The notes below the pieces were generated by a model. That model had not been told where the DNA came from and ran no database searches. It was given only the letters and a program-made list of their open reading frames with translations. A program made the position numbers and the translations under genes. DNA of 64,000 bases, from the NCBI GenBank assembly GCA_951406725.2, contig OX597837.1:39990001-40054000 (forward strand), read 5' to 3'. This DNA comes from Octopus vulgaris. Lineage: Eukaryota. Shown here one piece after another: positions 1-17,052 of this stretch (within the stretch, counting starts at the first letter, position 1; each line of letters opens with the position of its first letter).

Positions 1-235
1 GCCGCTTTATAATCATTTTACATATCTGGAATAAAATATTTAGCTGAATCAGGAACAGAAGAGAAAAGTGAAAGAGAGAAAAAGTCTAGTTTTAATCAAT
101 TTTTCGGCGAATATTGATGTTATGTCATTCTAGTTTAACGGCAAGCTCTTATTCAGAAAGACTACAATCGTTTACAATCAGACATTTCTGGAATTCAATG
201 TATTTATTATACGACTACTACAGAGTGCTACAATG

Positions 236-480
236 CAAGAGAAGAAGGAGAAGAAGAAGAAGAAGAAGAAGGAGAAGAAGAAGAAGGAGAAGAAGATGAA
301 GACGAAGAAGAAGAAGACGACGACGACCACGACGACGGAGACGAAGAAGACGAAGGAGAAGAAGAAGACGAAGAAGAAGAAAAAGAAGAAGAAAAAGAAG
401 AAAAAAAGAAGAAGAAAAAGAAAGAAGAAGAAGAAGAAGAAGAAGAAGAAGAAGAAGAAGAAGAAAAAGAAGAAGAAGAA
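236..480. repeat. (AAG)n/(GAC)n trinucleotide microsatellite
   Basis: Direct reading; explains the poly-K/R/L ORFs at 114-499. Confidence 0.95.
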
Positions 481-899
481 CCAATTGATTGACTGACAAA
501 GAGAGAGTGAAACCTTTTTGTTAATATTCAGGTAGGATACGAAGAGAATACAATAAAAATAACAGAAAGATTACCAGAAAATCAGCCGACAAAACAAATC
601 GATGATTTAGTTTGTAGAGGAAATGAAAGAACAATATTGACGCTTCGGATGACGGTCTTTCGTCAGTATATGAAAAAAAGACTTAGACAGAGGTCTGCCG
701 TTAATATCTGGATTCGTCTCATAGGGTCACAGCTTAAGGGGATTTCCGTAGCATATAAGAGCTTGTGATTACAAGACTCACTCCACTGAAAAGGGTCCAC
801 TGCTCGCCCCTTCCTATCTATTGCTAGAATCCATTTTAATAACTGTGTAGTCCGTGGCAACGTGAAATTAAGTGTTTTGTTCAGTAATACAACGTATCG

Positions 900-1120
900 A
901 CCGCTCCGGAAATCGAAACTACACCGGTTGATGACCGGTGTTTATTTCCTTTACGTCTCCTGAACTTTGCGTGTCGATAAAAGAAACCGATATAATGAGT
1001 ACAAGACTTAAAATAAAACAAAACATATGTAATGCGACAGTTCGTTCGAGGAAAACCGTTCAAGCCGGTGCCCCAGCATGACCGCACTCCAATGACTACA
1101 GCAAATAAGCGATAACCGAT
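900..1120 (+). mobile_element. Degenerate 3' half of SINE family A
   Basis: ccggtgtttatttcc...ggtgccccagcatgaccgca...aatgact aligns with the family A tail. Confidence 0.6.
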
Positions 1121-1129
1121 AGGACGCCA

Positions 1130-1325
1130 TGATAGATCGTTTGCTCCTACACGCATTTTTTTCTCTCCTTGTTTTTTTCTGTGTATCTTTCTGTCGAAGA
1201 GCGTAGGCTCGAAACGTAAAAGACTTTTTCTATTTCTATTCCTGAGCGCTATACTAATACATTTGTTTGTTTGTACTCCACCTGCCTTCGTCTTTTGTTT
1301 ATTTTCGTAAACCTTCCCGTTATAT
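1130..1325 (+). mobile_element. ~200-bp Penelope pLTR-like repeat with minimal hammerhead-like motif, copy 1
   Basis: Near-identical to 1560-1765; contains tcttt-CTGTCGA-a-gagc(gtag)gctc-GAAA-cg-TA-aaaga at 1186-1223. Confidence 0.65.
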
Positions 1326-1559
1326 ATATATAGGTGATAAAATAAAAATATATGCATACATACAAACATAAATGTACGTACCAACATCTACATGTATATA
1401 TACATGCATATATAAATAATTATACGTGAGTACAGGACATCACAATAAGACGTAGAAACGGAAAAAAACCAAAAACCAAAAAACAAGAAAACGAAAAACG
1501 AAAAACAAGAAAATGAAAAACAATTATAGGACGAGCTATATATATATATATATATATCA

Positions 1560-1765
1560 TAGACCGTTAGCTCCTACACGCATTTTTTTCTCTCCTTGCT
1601 TCTCTCCTTGTTTCTTTTCTGTGTCCCTTTCTGTCGAAGAGCGTAGGCTCGAAACATAAAATACTTTTTCTGTTTCTATTCCTGAGCGCCATACTAATAC
1701 ATTTGTTTGTTTGTACTCCACCTGCCTTCGTCTTTTGTTTATTTTCGTAAACTTTCCCATACGAT
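1560..1765 (+). mobile_element. ~200-bp Penelope pLTR-like repeat, copy 2 (direct repeat)
   Basis: Direct repeat of 1130-1325; motif at 1631 has GAAACATA instead of GAAACGTA. Confidence 0.65.
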
Positions 1766-2184
1766 AACAAAAGATGGTTGTCTCAAATTCAATCACATTT
1801 CAGTCGTATATAACAGATACAAACCTAAAATTCCAATGCCAGTTACCTGATGTTTAGGAGTATTTTCGAAATGTCTTTGTATGTGCCATGAATAATTATA
1901 AACACATACAACCTCGCTTAATAGCCCTGAAGCAATTTTAAACAAAAGATTATTTCGTACAAATAATAGAAAACGGAAGAAAAACAGAGCAAAAGTCTCC
2001 TGTATAGCGATGTTATCTCTTGGTATGTATGATGTGTCTCTCGAACTCGGGTATAATTAAATATTAACTATGTGCACGGCTCACTTCCAGGGGTAATTAA
2101 ATATAAAATATACACACGACAGATATGAGACGTGCAAGTATTTATACCCTGAACAGAAATGGGTTTATTTTATATTATTTCATG

Positions 2185-4400
<2,216 letters not shown>

Positions 4401-5079
4401 GCATGTCGCTCCAATTTTAGGAGGACATTCGTCAACTTCTTTTTCCCCGAGGCACCTGCGTATAGCGGTAAAAATCTATTTTCAGCCATAGCTTTTACCA
4501 ATTTTGACGGTTGCTAACATGAGTGAAGTCCCTTCTAGCCATAACCAAGCGAAAGTGTGTGTGTGTGTGTGAGGGAGAGAGAGAAGTTGTGTGTTGGTGT
4601 ATGTGTGTGTGTGTGTGTGTGTGTGAGGGAGAGAATGTTTCACAGTGTCTAACAAAAAAAAGTGAAGAAAAAGAATGTGTAAGGAAAAGTGAGAGAGAGT
4701 TTGACAGCGTCTAAGAAAAAGGGAAAAACAAAGTGAGAGAGAGAGAGAAAGAGAGAGAGAGGGGGGAGAGTAAGTAACAACGTTCATAAAAAATAAAATG
4801 TGAAATATGTTTTTTCTGAAACACGAGATATTGTGTTCAAATTTAGGATGTTTTTGAGAGACACTATATTTTATAATCATAGTATATATACTTTCTCACA
4901 CAACAATTACAATGTATTTATCTTAAATCATTCATCTTTCTGCCCCCTTTCTCACACACACATTACTTTGGGTGCGAAAGGGTTTTGTTTTTATTTTACG
5001 CCGAGTAAAAAAGTGTTTTGTTGAGAATTCATTTATTTAACAACAAAGAAACAAAGAGGTAGGTAAAAGTTTGTCAGTG

Positions 5080-5444
5080 AATTACACAATATAAACGGGT
5101 ACGATTTCCAAGGCTTCCACCACACCCCACTCCGTTTTACGGACCACAAAAAGGGTTTCGTAGCATATTAGGAGACCAGAGTAGTTGATTCCACGCAAAA
5201 AAAACCCAATTTTTTTCTTAATGAAAATCGTGCGAGTGTTGATCTACAAATTTACCAAAATTTTCTCCATTCATTTCTGTTTATGAACATGTATGCGTAC
5301 AAAAAACATATACAGTATATATAAACAAATTTCAACGGATTTCGCCCAAATTTGACGTCGATATTACTTAGTTTGGTTTGAAATAAAACTTGATTAGCTT
5401 AATAATCGTAACATAATCCCGGGCAAAGCCGGGTTATACTGCTA

Positions 5445-5445
<1 letters not shown>
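5080..5445 (+). mobile_element. Non-autonomous Helitron, 3' end (5' boundary uncertain)
   Basis: GC hairpin cccgg-gcaaag-ccggg about 9 nt before terminal CTAG|T (5442-5446); same terminus as the element at 38680-39077. Confidence 0.7.
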
Positions 5446-5484
<39 letters not shown>

Positions 5485-5487
<3 letters not shown>

Positions 5488-5644
5488 GGAGTAAACACAT
5501 AAATGTGAAACAAGGTGGAAAAAATGTACTCAAATACCAGTGGTAGAGTAATATGCTTTATTTAAAGCAGCAGAAAATTCAACAAAACTTGTTACTCTGA
5601 GTTTCCCGTTGGTGTTCATCGGACAGTTTTTGCTAGCAAATAAA

Positions 5645-5646
<2 letters not shown>
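5485..5646 (-). mobile_element. Short element inside (TA)n with a minimal hammerhead-like motif (Penelope pLTR-like)
   Basis: Minus strand 5630-5584: aaaactgt-CCGATGA-acaccaacgg-GAAA-ctcagag-TA-acaagtttt; flanked on both sides by (TA)n. Confidence 0.55.
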
Positions 5647-5689
<43 letters not shown>

Positions 5690-5839
5690 TATTTATCCAT
5701 CCATGCATCCATTCATTCATGCATCCATCCATACATACATACATACCAACATACATACATACCAACATACATACATACATACATACATACATACCAACAT
5801 ACATACATACATACATACATACCAACATACATACATACA

Positions 5840-5873
<34 letters not shown>

Positions 5874-6158
5874 CATACAGCATCACAGAATTATTCTCTA
5901 CTACAACTGAACGAGGAGCATATGCTCACATATATTTACCGTGCGGCCATCCCGCCATCCTGCCGAGTTACCTATTCAAAAGACTGTAATTATTAGATGT
6001 TATTTAAGTACATTTTTCTTCTGAGACGACCCTCCATTGATACAAAGTCGCTTTCATTGTTAACTATATAATTAAATTTATTCAAAGAGATTTTACTCCA
6101 AGATTAAGAAAAAATCTTTTAAAATTTTTTATTCATATATTTTTATTTTTTATTCATA

Positions 6159-6540
6159 GGCGCAGGAGTGGCTGTGTGGTAAGTAGCTTTTTTACCAACC
6201 ACATGGTTCCGGGTTCAGTCCCACTCCGTGGCACCTTGGGCAAGTGTCTTCTACTATAGCCTCGGGCCGACCATAGCCTTGTGAGTGGATTTGGTAGACG
6301 GAAATATATATATGAGCGTGTGTGTGTGTATATGTGTGTGTGTTTGTCCCCCTAGCATTGCTTGATAACCGATGCTGGTGTGTTTACGTCCCCGTTACTT
6401 AGCGGTTCGGCAAAAAGAGACCGATAGAATAAGTACTGGGCTCACAAAAGAATAAGTCCCGGGGTCGATTTGCTCGATTAAAGGTGGTGCTCCAGCATGG
6501 CCGCAGTCAAATGACTGAAACAAGTAAAAGAGTAAAAGAG
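6159..6540 (+). mobile_element. SINE family A (tRNA-derived head, CORE-like segment, internal (TA)/(TG) microsatellite, (GAGTAAAA)n tail)
   Basis: ggcgcaggagTGGCTGTGTGG (A box)...GGTTCAGTCCC (B box)...ccttgggcaagtgtctt (CORE-like)...ggtgctccagcatggccgcagtcaaatgactgaaacaagtaaaagag; about 20 copies in the window. Resembles described octopus tRNA-derived SINEs. Confidence 0.9.
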
Positions 6541-6564
6541 TATATATTCATCTTTTATTCTTTG

Positions 6565-6770
6565 AAGGCGCCTGGGTGTTGGGTATTCGACTGATGGGTA
6601 GTCATCTCAGAGAGGTAATGTCGCCATTTCGATTGCCGGCGACGCGTTGTGTTCTTGGGACACGACACAATTTAATAGTGCTCCAGTTCACTCGGCTGGC
6701 AGTAATAGGTTGTTCCTCTAATTCAAAGGGCCTAGCCTTGCCCCATTCTGCGTCACGCTGAAGAAATAGG
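6565..6770 (+). mobile_element. Degenerate SINE (family D-like head and CORE)
   Basis: gcgttgtgttcttgggacacgacac...tgctccagttcactcggctg matches the 27485 copy. Confidence 0.55.
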
Positions 6771-6781
6771 ATAAAGGTATA

Positions 6782-6994
6782 CTCTTTAACACTTTTACTT
6801 GTTTCAGTCATTTCACTGCGGCCATGCTGGAGCACCGCCTTTAGTGGAACAAATCGACGCTAGGACTTATTCTTTGTAAGCCCAGTACTTATTCTATCGG
6901 TCTCTTTTGCCGAACCGCTAAGTTACGGGCACGTAAACACACCAGCATCGATTGTCAAGCGATGTTGGGGGGACAAACACAGACACACAAACAT

Positions 6995-7026
<32 letters not shown>

Positions 7027-7120
7027 GTATATATATACATATATACATACATATATACGACGGGCTTCTTTCAATTTCCGTCTACCAAATCCACTCACAA
7101 GGCTTTGGTCGGTAGAAGAC
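6782..7120 (-). mobile_element. SINE family A, 5'-truncated
   Basis: Reverse complement of family A body and tail. Confidence 0.9.
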
Positions 7121-7307
7121 ATACCGAGACCACGTAGTTGCAAATTTAGTTTCTTAATCATATAATAATGTTTACGCCAATAAATATTTAAAATAGCTAA
7201 GATTATTTTATATAAACTACTTCTAATGTTTATGCTTTACTCCAACTAAATCAGTTTGAAAAAACGAAATATTGCACACACAAGAGATAACAAACGGACA
7301 CGTAACA

Positions 7308-7345
<38 letters not shown>

Positions 7346-7421
7346 TATTATTATTATTATTATTATTACTATTTTTATTATTATTTTTATTATTATTATT
7401 ATTATTATCATTATTATTATA

Positions 7422-7474
<53 letters not shown>

Positions 7475-7528
7475 CATTATTATTATTATTATTATTATCA
7501 TTATTATTATTATTATTATCATTATTGA

Positions 7529-7589
<61 letters not shown>

Positions 7590-7600
7590 GTTATTAATTG
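7308..7600. repeat. (ATT)n microsatellite
   Basis: Direct reading. Confidence 0.95.
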
Positions 7601-8139
7601 TATTAATGTTATTTTTGATCTTAATGCAACAAAGATAATGGTTGATGAAATGTAATTGTAATGAAGGAAAACATTAACATTTCACGCAAGAGAAAAGGCA
7701 AAAAAAAGAAAAGACGGCCATTTTGCTTTTTTGTGTTAACGCCGCGCTGTCTTGACTACGAGACCGACTAACGAATATGGTAAGGAAAACGCATCAAGCT
7801 TCACTGCACCGGACTAATTGTGTTCTGTTATAGAAGACAGACAGAGCAAGACAGGGAGAGAGGTAGAGATAGAGATAGAGAGTGTGGGAGGAAGAGATTG
7901 ACACGCAATTAGATACAACCTGGCAAATGGAAGTTGATATTAAGCCAAAGAAGAACTCATCAAGTATGTGCTAAGACAATTATACCGGTTATTTGTACGA
8001 GACTGAGAGATGGCGGTTGATAGAGAGCCAAGCGAGCAAGCGAGATGACTGATCAAGTGTGCAATGAAGATAATTGCATTGGTTTTGTTGTAATCAAATA
8101 TAAAATGACATTACAGTTACACGCAAAACACATACAGAC

Positions 8140-8363
8140 ACACGCGCACATGCATATGTATGTAAATATATATATATATATATATGCATGTATATATATA
8201 TATATATATATACCATAAAACTATACACATATATATGTGTATATATATATAAATGATATCGTATATATATAAATATATATATACGGTCCTAAATGCCTGA
8301 CATATATATATATATATATGTGTGTATATGTGTGTGTGTGTGTATGTGTGTATGTTTATATGC

Positions 8364-8403
<40 letters not shown>

Positions 8404-8412
8404 TATATGTAT

Positions 8413-8502
<90 letters not shown>

Positions 8503-8675
8503 CATATATATATTTGTATATATGTGTGTGTATATAAACGTATATATATATATATGTATACACATATTTATACACACACACATATATATACACACAAATA
8601 TATACAAATATATCTGTATATATACACACACACACACATAACACACACACATACACATATACACATATATATATA

Positions 8676-8747
<72 letters not shown>

Positions 8748-9110
8748 ATGTTATATTATACCGTTTTATATATATATATATATATATACGTGTGTGCGTA
8801 TATCTACAGGTATCGATTACGTCTTGAACATTATCAGCAAAGGAACCCTTTAGCAGATTTTTCAAGTGTGTGTGTGTGTATGTCTGTGTGTGTTCGTGTG
8901 TGTGTGTATTTAATTGTCAGTGCATGTGTATCAACATATGTTAAGTATGTGTGTATGTAAGTCTGTGTGTATAATTGTGTTTGCGCATGTGCGTGTGAGC
9001 TGTCATGCGTTATGCATGTATACCTTTAAGTGTGTGTGTATGTTTGTGTACGAGTGTGTGTGTATACGTATGTGTATGTGTGTGTGTTTGTGTGTGTATG
9101 TTGACACACA
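8140..9110. repeat. (TA)n/(CA)n/(TG)n compound microsatellite
   Basis: Direct reading. Confidence 0.95.
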
Positions 9111-9231
9111 TATTTGACTCAGTAGGTCTGATACAAATATCGATTTTCTTCGATTAAGCACAAATGAAGGTTTCCAATCGAGATTAGATTAACCCAAGAT
9201 TATTCTGTTTGTGTTGTCGTTTTTCTTTAGC

Positions 9232-9620
9232 TGCAGGTCAGCCCTGATGAGCATTCTTTGTTCAACGTCAGCCCTGATCGAGCATACTTAACTCTTTGTC
9301 GGCCCTGAACGAGCATACTTAACTCTATTGCGGTCCTGAATGAACATTTTAAAATTTAAGATCAGCAACCGATCGAGTGTACTTAAATGCAAATGAGCAT
9401 TAATAAAGTGTTTCTGGTCGAGCATTATTTAACTATAGATGGGCCCCGATCGAGTATTTGCTCTAAGTAATCCTTTAGCGCCATGGTATCCCCGATTGAG
9501 CATTACTGATCCCCGGGTCAGAGCATGTTTAACTCCACGTTATCCCCGATCGCGCATTGCTTGACTTCAGGTGAGCCCTGATCGACCATTGTTAACCCCA
9601 GTTCAAATTATATCAAGCAA
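9232..9620 (+). repeat. Degenerate ~30-bp minisatellite, consensus ~gtcagccctgatcgagcatacttaactc
   Basis: Roughly 10-12 diverged units with recurring ccc(t/c)gatcgagca core. Confidence 0.75.
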
Positions 9621-9633
9621 ATAATTAGATCTA

Positions 9634-9930
9634 CTGTTGTTGGCACTCCGTCGGTTGCGACGACGATTGTCCAAGTTGATCTGATCAACGGAACAGCCAG
9701 CTCGTGAAATTAACGTGCAAGTGGCCGAGCACTCCACAGACACGTGTACCCTTAACGTACTTCTCGGGGAGATTCAGCGTGACACAGAGTATGACAGGGC
9801 TGGCCCCTTTGAAATACATGTACAGCGGCAACAGAAAGAAAGAGTGAGAGAAAGTTGGGTGCCTGAACCACGTGGAGCTTTTAGGTGTTTTCGCTCAATA
9901 AACACTCGCAACGCCCGGTCTGGGAATCGA
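9634..9930 (-). mobile_element. SINE family C (tail type 1)
   Basis: Reverse complement of the 19080-19405 copy. Confidence 0.85.
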
Positions 9931-9959
9931 TATATATATATATATCCATGTGTATGTAT

Positions 9960-10160
9960 ATGTTTGTGTGTCTGTGTTTTTCCCCCCAACGTGTCTTGGC
10001 AACCGATGCTGGTGTGTTTACGTCCCCGTAACTTAGCGGTTCGGCAAAAGCGATCGATAGAATAAGTACTAGGCTTACAAAGAATAAGTCCTGGGGTCGA
10101 TTTAGTCGAATAAACGCGGTGCTCCAGCATGGCCACAGTCACATGACTGAAACAACTAAA
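9960..10160 (+). mobile_element. SINE family A, 3' half
   Basis: caaccgatgctggtgtgtttacgtcccc...gctccagcatggccacagtc. Confidence 0.85.
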
Positions 10161-10808
10161 TGAGTACACATACATACATACATACATACATACATACATA
10201 CAAACATATCTAAAATATCCATTGTTAGCATGGAGGGGAAGAATTTGCAACAATTGCCTAAAGCAAAATATTTCTGATTCTTAGCCAAAGAACCCACTGG
10301 TTTAATCCATGCACCACAGAAATTCATGAGATTTGGAATAAAAGAAAGCCGCAAGGTATACTTAAATTCTTAAGAAGGAATTCTTGCGCGAAAAATAACA
10401 AAGGGAATAAGAACATATTATTTACAATCTTGTCAATGAGAAGTTACTCAAAGAAATGGAAAAAATCTAAAAAAATTTAAACTCTAGCCCGGAAATCAAA
10501 ACGTTAAGTAATACTCGCTTATGCGTTAGGAACCAGTTTTTTTTCTCTTTGAAAAATAAGACCAAATCATACATACATGCGTAGATGAAGACACAGGTAC
10601 AGATAAACATGTAGAGTCTTCTACATTTACATATATACGCACACCTGTACAAGTGTGTATGTATACATATACATACAGAAACACATACACGCATGCTTAG
10701 GGTTCTGAGGAGTAAATATCAGTATATATGTGCATATATATGTGTATGTATGTACTCATACACATCTGCACACGATACACATACACATATACACATACAA
10801 ACGCACAC

Positions 10809-10840
<32 letters not shown>

Positions 10841-10884
10841 TCATACACACCACACTCGTATATGTATAGATAACCTCATACATA

Positions 10885-11079
10885 TTCTTTTACTCTTTTA
10901 CTTGTTTCAGTCATTTGACTGCGGCCATGTTGGAGCACCGCCTTTAGTCGAACAAATCTTTGTTCTTTGTAAGCCTTGTACTTATTCTATCGATCTCTCT
11001 TGCCGAAACGCTAGTTTACGGGAACGTAAACACACCTGCATCGGTTGTCAAGCGATGGTGGAGAGACAACCACAGACAC

Positions 11080-11080
<1 letters not shown>
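10885..11080 (-). mobile_element. SINE family A, 3' half
   Basis: Reverse complement of the family A tail. Confidence 0.85.
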
Positions 11081-13470
<2,390 letters not shown>

Positions 13471-13547
13471 AAATAGTCCGTATGATATTTGAAATCTGCA
13501 ATGAACTTTGTACTGAAATACAGACACATTCCTTAAATAAAGGCTGT

Positions 13548-14453
13548 TCATAAATTATCTTTACAAGTTCCACAACTTAATGTATTGTATCGTCTTTGTC
13601 GAGTAGACTTTACCATTTTCTTTGACCGGCATTTCGTCTGTATATGTCCAATTTTGCCACACTTAGAACAGGTTTTATATTCGAAGGGGCAATCTTTCCT
13701 CAAATGTTGATTTCCGCATCCATAGCACCGATTTGAATTTAAATTTTTCCTTCTTTCTGTACTTTCCTTACACATTTGTACACTATTATTCTTGTCTTCT
13801 ATCTTTCTTGTATCATCTCGAAGGTTTATTATTTGTTGGCATTCCTCAGCCACATTCTGCAAAGTGAGTTTCACATCTTGATTCAACTTTGATAATATTC
13901 TTTTTCTAAGTTCCGCGTCTTCCGTTGCCACTAGCCCTTTAACGAATACTAGGCTCTTGAACATATCTGGCGTTAATTCTTCCAGCTTAAACCTTTCGCA
14001 AGCCTTATTAACCATACCGGAATATGTTACCAAATCGTCGGACTCGTTTTTTCTTCCAATTTAAACATTCCCATCGAATGTTAAACTGCGAACTTTTCTT
14101 GCTAAAAATATTAGTCAAAATATTTATCGTTTCATCAAAACACAACCCCGCGGGCTTTCTCGGCAAAATAAAGTTACAAAATTTTCGTGTTCCGGAGTAG
14201 CAAGCTTTCGCAAGAGGAGCATTTCCTTCCTTTCACTAGGCCATCCCTTGCATTCCTCTCGGAATATGTCTTCGTATCATCTGTAATATGCAGCAAAAGT
14301 AGTTCCTTCATCCGGATTGTAGGGAAATTCTTCGATGGAATTTGCAACACCATCTGCTGAAAATGATTCGGTCGTATTTCTCGACTGCAGTAACAATTCT
14401 GTTAACAACTGCTACTCTCGTTGATTTACGACTGCTTTCAGTAACTCTTCCAT
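13548..14453 (-). pseudogene. gag: Disrupted gag of a Ty3/gypsy (Mag-like) LTR retrotransposon
   Basis: ATG at 14453 (MEELLKAVVNQRE*...FPYNPDEGTTFAAYYR*YEDIF...NFILPRKP), stops and frameshifts, then ORF 14033-13548 with FKSLVFVKGL...ELRKRIL and two Zn knuckles (CYGCGNQHLRKDC, CSKCGKIGHIQTKC). pol is absent. Confidence 0.9.
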
Positions 14454-14469
14454 TTCGGCACTATTCGAA

Positions 14470-14481
14470 ACCTCGTCGCCA
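14470..14481 (-). promoter_or_regulatory. Primer-binding site of the LTR element
   Basis: Minus strand TGGCGACGAGGT one base after the LTR-terminal CA. Confidence 0.8.
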
Positions 14482-14482
14482 C

Positions 14483-14611
14483 TGTTATGTCGCACGTTCG
14501 GATGACCTCTACTTAACTCCGCTCTACTCTCGACCCCGACATCTAGACTTCTCCCTCTATATCTACGTATTGGGCTAATGTACTTCATCGTCTGGGGGCG
14601 TCCACACAACA
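14483..14611 (-). mobile_element. 5' LTR (129 bp) of the gypsy element
   Basis: TGTT...AACA termini, directly followed by PBS and gag ATG; abuts a (TA)n tract. Confidence 0.75.
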
Positions 14612-14780
14612 TATATATATATACATATACATATATACACACACACATGAAAACCCCACTAGAATGGGAGAAAGCGGTAATGATCTGAATGATATGATAT
14701 ATATATGTAAAAAATGTAATATATAAATAAATATCTATAAATATGAACCATCCGATCTTCTGATTACCTCATTTCTTCTA

Positions 14781-14821
<41 letters not shown>

Positions 14822-14823
<2 letters not shown>

Positions 14824-15085
14824 GAGGCGCAGTGGTTAGGGCAGCGGACTCGCGGTTTCGATTCCCAGACCAGGCGTTGTGAGTGTTTATTGAGCGAAAA
14901 CACACAAAAAAAGCTCCACGAGTATCCGGCAGGAGTGGTGGCGGTCCCTGCTATACGCTTTCGCTGCAACTTTCTCTCACTCTTTCTTCTGTTGGCCTGG
15001 TCGCTTAGCCAGCGGGGTGGCGTCATTTGAAGGCAAAAACAATGCGAAGCGCATTGTGACCAGCGATGTGTAGCACCATCTGATA
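14822..15085 (+). mobile_element. SINE family C (tail type 2)
   Basis: ggaggcgcagtggttagggcagcggactcgcgGTTTCGATTCC...ttgagcgaaaacac...caactttctctcactcttt; this tail is also present reversed at ~26385-26480. Confidence 0.85.
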
Positions 15086-15494
15086 ACACGTGTCTATAGT
15101 AGAAGACACGTGCCCAAGGCGCCACGCTGTGGAACTGAAGCCTGAACAATATACTGGAAAGCAAACTCTTAAAAATTTTGTATCTTCTTCCCTAATCTTC
15201 GATTTAGAATTTCTATTCCCGCCTTGTTAGAAACAGACAGATCTCTTTGTACTCATAGAATATAGTTTAAAAGCACGAGGGACAAAATGGCCGAGGTAGT
15301 CCTTAATGTATATGTTACACTTTTACTTTTATATTTGTCCCAACTCGCGTGCAGTGCAATGCTGGAGCACCGCCAATACACGAAGGAACGATAAAATAGA
15401 AAATAAAGAAAAGTACGGCGAGACTGGATGGTGACAGTTATTACAAATTTTGATTGCAGATTAGCGCAACAGGATCTGATCTGGAGACTATACA

Positions 15495-15703
15495 AGAAGA
15501 AGAAGAAGAAGAAGATGTAGAAGAAGAAGAAGAAGAAGAAGAAGAAGAAGAAGAAGAAGAAGAAGAAGAAGAAGAAGAAGAAGAAGAAGAAGAAGAAGAA
15601 GACGAAGAAAATGAAGAAGAAAAAGAAAAAGAAGAAGAAAAAGAAGTACAAGGTCGTTGTCGTTATCATCACTACCACCACCACCACCACCACCACCACA
15701 GCT

Positions 15704-15763
<60 letters not shown>

Positions 15764-15780
15764 GTCATCAGTAGCAGCAA
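15495..15780. repeat. (GAA)n, (CAC)n, (CAT)n microsatellites
   Basis: Direct reading. Confidence 0.95.
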
Positions 15781-15918
15781 CAGAAATGTCTTAATCTCTC
15801 TGTAATTTGAGAAGCTATTCTTAATGAATCTACGCGTGATATTTCTGAGGGAAATTTAAGAATTAACAATGTTTTAAAGTAGCAAATAAATATATCGAAC
15901 GAAGGAGTCATATATATG

Positions 15919-15955
<37 letters not shown>

Positions 15956-15974
15956 GAATACCTATATACCTATA

Positions 15975-16140
15975 TACACGTGTTTCGAAGGTAAGGGCAA
16001 CACGCATTAAGTCGAAACTGCTGAAGAAGGGGAATGTTCCTTGCGTTGTTTGTCTTGTACTCCGCTTCCTTGTTTTGTTTTTATGTTTTCGTTTCTCGTT
16101 GTGTTCTACGTTCGTTTTTTGTGGTGTCCTGTACCCATAT
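15975..16140 (+). mobile_element. Short dispersed repeat (related reverse copies at ~1428-1530 and ~55170-55360), pLTR-like
   Basis: gttctacgt...gtggtgtcctgtac matches the reverse complement of gtacaggacaccacaactagacgtagaac. Confidence 0.55.
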
Positions 16141-16158
16141 ATGCATGTATGTATACAT

Positions 16159-16545
16159 GCGCAGGAGTGGCTGTGTGGTAAGTAGCTTGCTAACCAACCA
16201 CATGGTTCCGGGTTCAGTCCCACTGCGTGGCATCTTGGGCACGGGCCGACCAATGCCTTGTGAGTGGATTTGGTAGACGGAAACCGAAAGAAGCCTGTCG
16301 TATATATGTATAAAAATATATATGTATATGTGTGTGTGTTTGTGTGTGTGTGTTTGTCCCCCTAGCATTGCTTGACAACCGATGCTGGTGTATTTACGTC
16401 CCCGTCACTTAGCGGTTCGGCAAAAAGAGACCGATAGAATAAGAACTGGGCTAACAAAGAATAAGTCCCGGGGTCGATTTGCTCGACTAAAGGTGGTGCT
16501 CCAGCATGGCCGCAGTCAAATGACTGAAACAAGTAAAAGAGAAAA
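16159..16545 (+). mobile_element. SINE family A
   Basis: Near full-length match with a small internal deletion. Confidence 0.9.
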
Positions 16546-16569
16546 GAAAGAGAGATATATATTCCTTTA

Positions 16570-16942
16570 TTCTATTACTTGTTTCCGACAGTTGACTGTG
16601 GCCATGCTATAGTACCGGTTTAAAGGGATTCGGTCGGACAAATGGACCCCAGCACTTATTTATGAAAGCCTAGTTCTTACTCTATCCGATTCTTTTGACG
16701 AACAGCTAGGTTACGGGAGCGTAAACATAACAACACCAACTGTCAAGCACTCTTAGGGAGGGTGGCACCAAACACACACACACATTATATTTATACATAC
16801 GATGGGCTTCATTCAGTTTCCGTCTACCAAGTCCAACCATAAGGTTTTGGTTGGCCCGAGGCTATAGTAGTAGACACTGTGGGACTGAACCCGGAACCAT
16901 GTAGTTAGGAAGCACGCTTCTCACCACAAAAGCATCTGCGCC
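16570..16942 (-). mobile_element. SINE family A, older diverged copy
   Basis: Reverse-complement match with many substitutions. Confidence 0.8.
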
Positions 16943-17002
<60 letters not shown>

Positions 17003-17052
17003 CATACATACATACATACATACCTGCATATATATATATATGTATATATATA

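Noticed and set aside
663-860. ORF with faint THAP-like flavour (LKWILAIDRK) and a GTGAGT donor-like site
   Set aside because: No C2CH signature or clear acceptor; cannot support an exon.
7740-7790. ATG|gtaagg possible first coding exon; also acceptor/donor-like sites at 23820-24300
   Set aside because: No recognisable protein or supporting exon chain; such motifs are expected by chance.
15454-15774. Poly-E/poly-H ORF resembling a metal-binding acidic protein
   Set aside because: Entirely (GAA)n, (CAC)n and (CAT)n microsatellites without splice or domain evidence.
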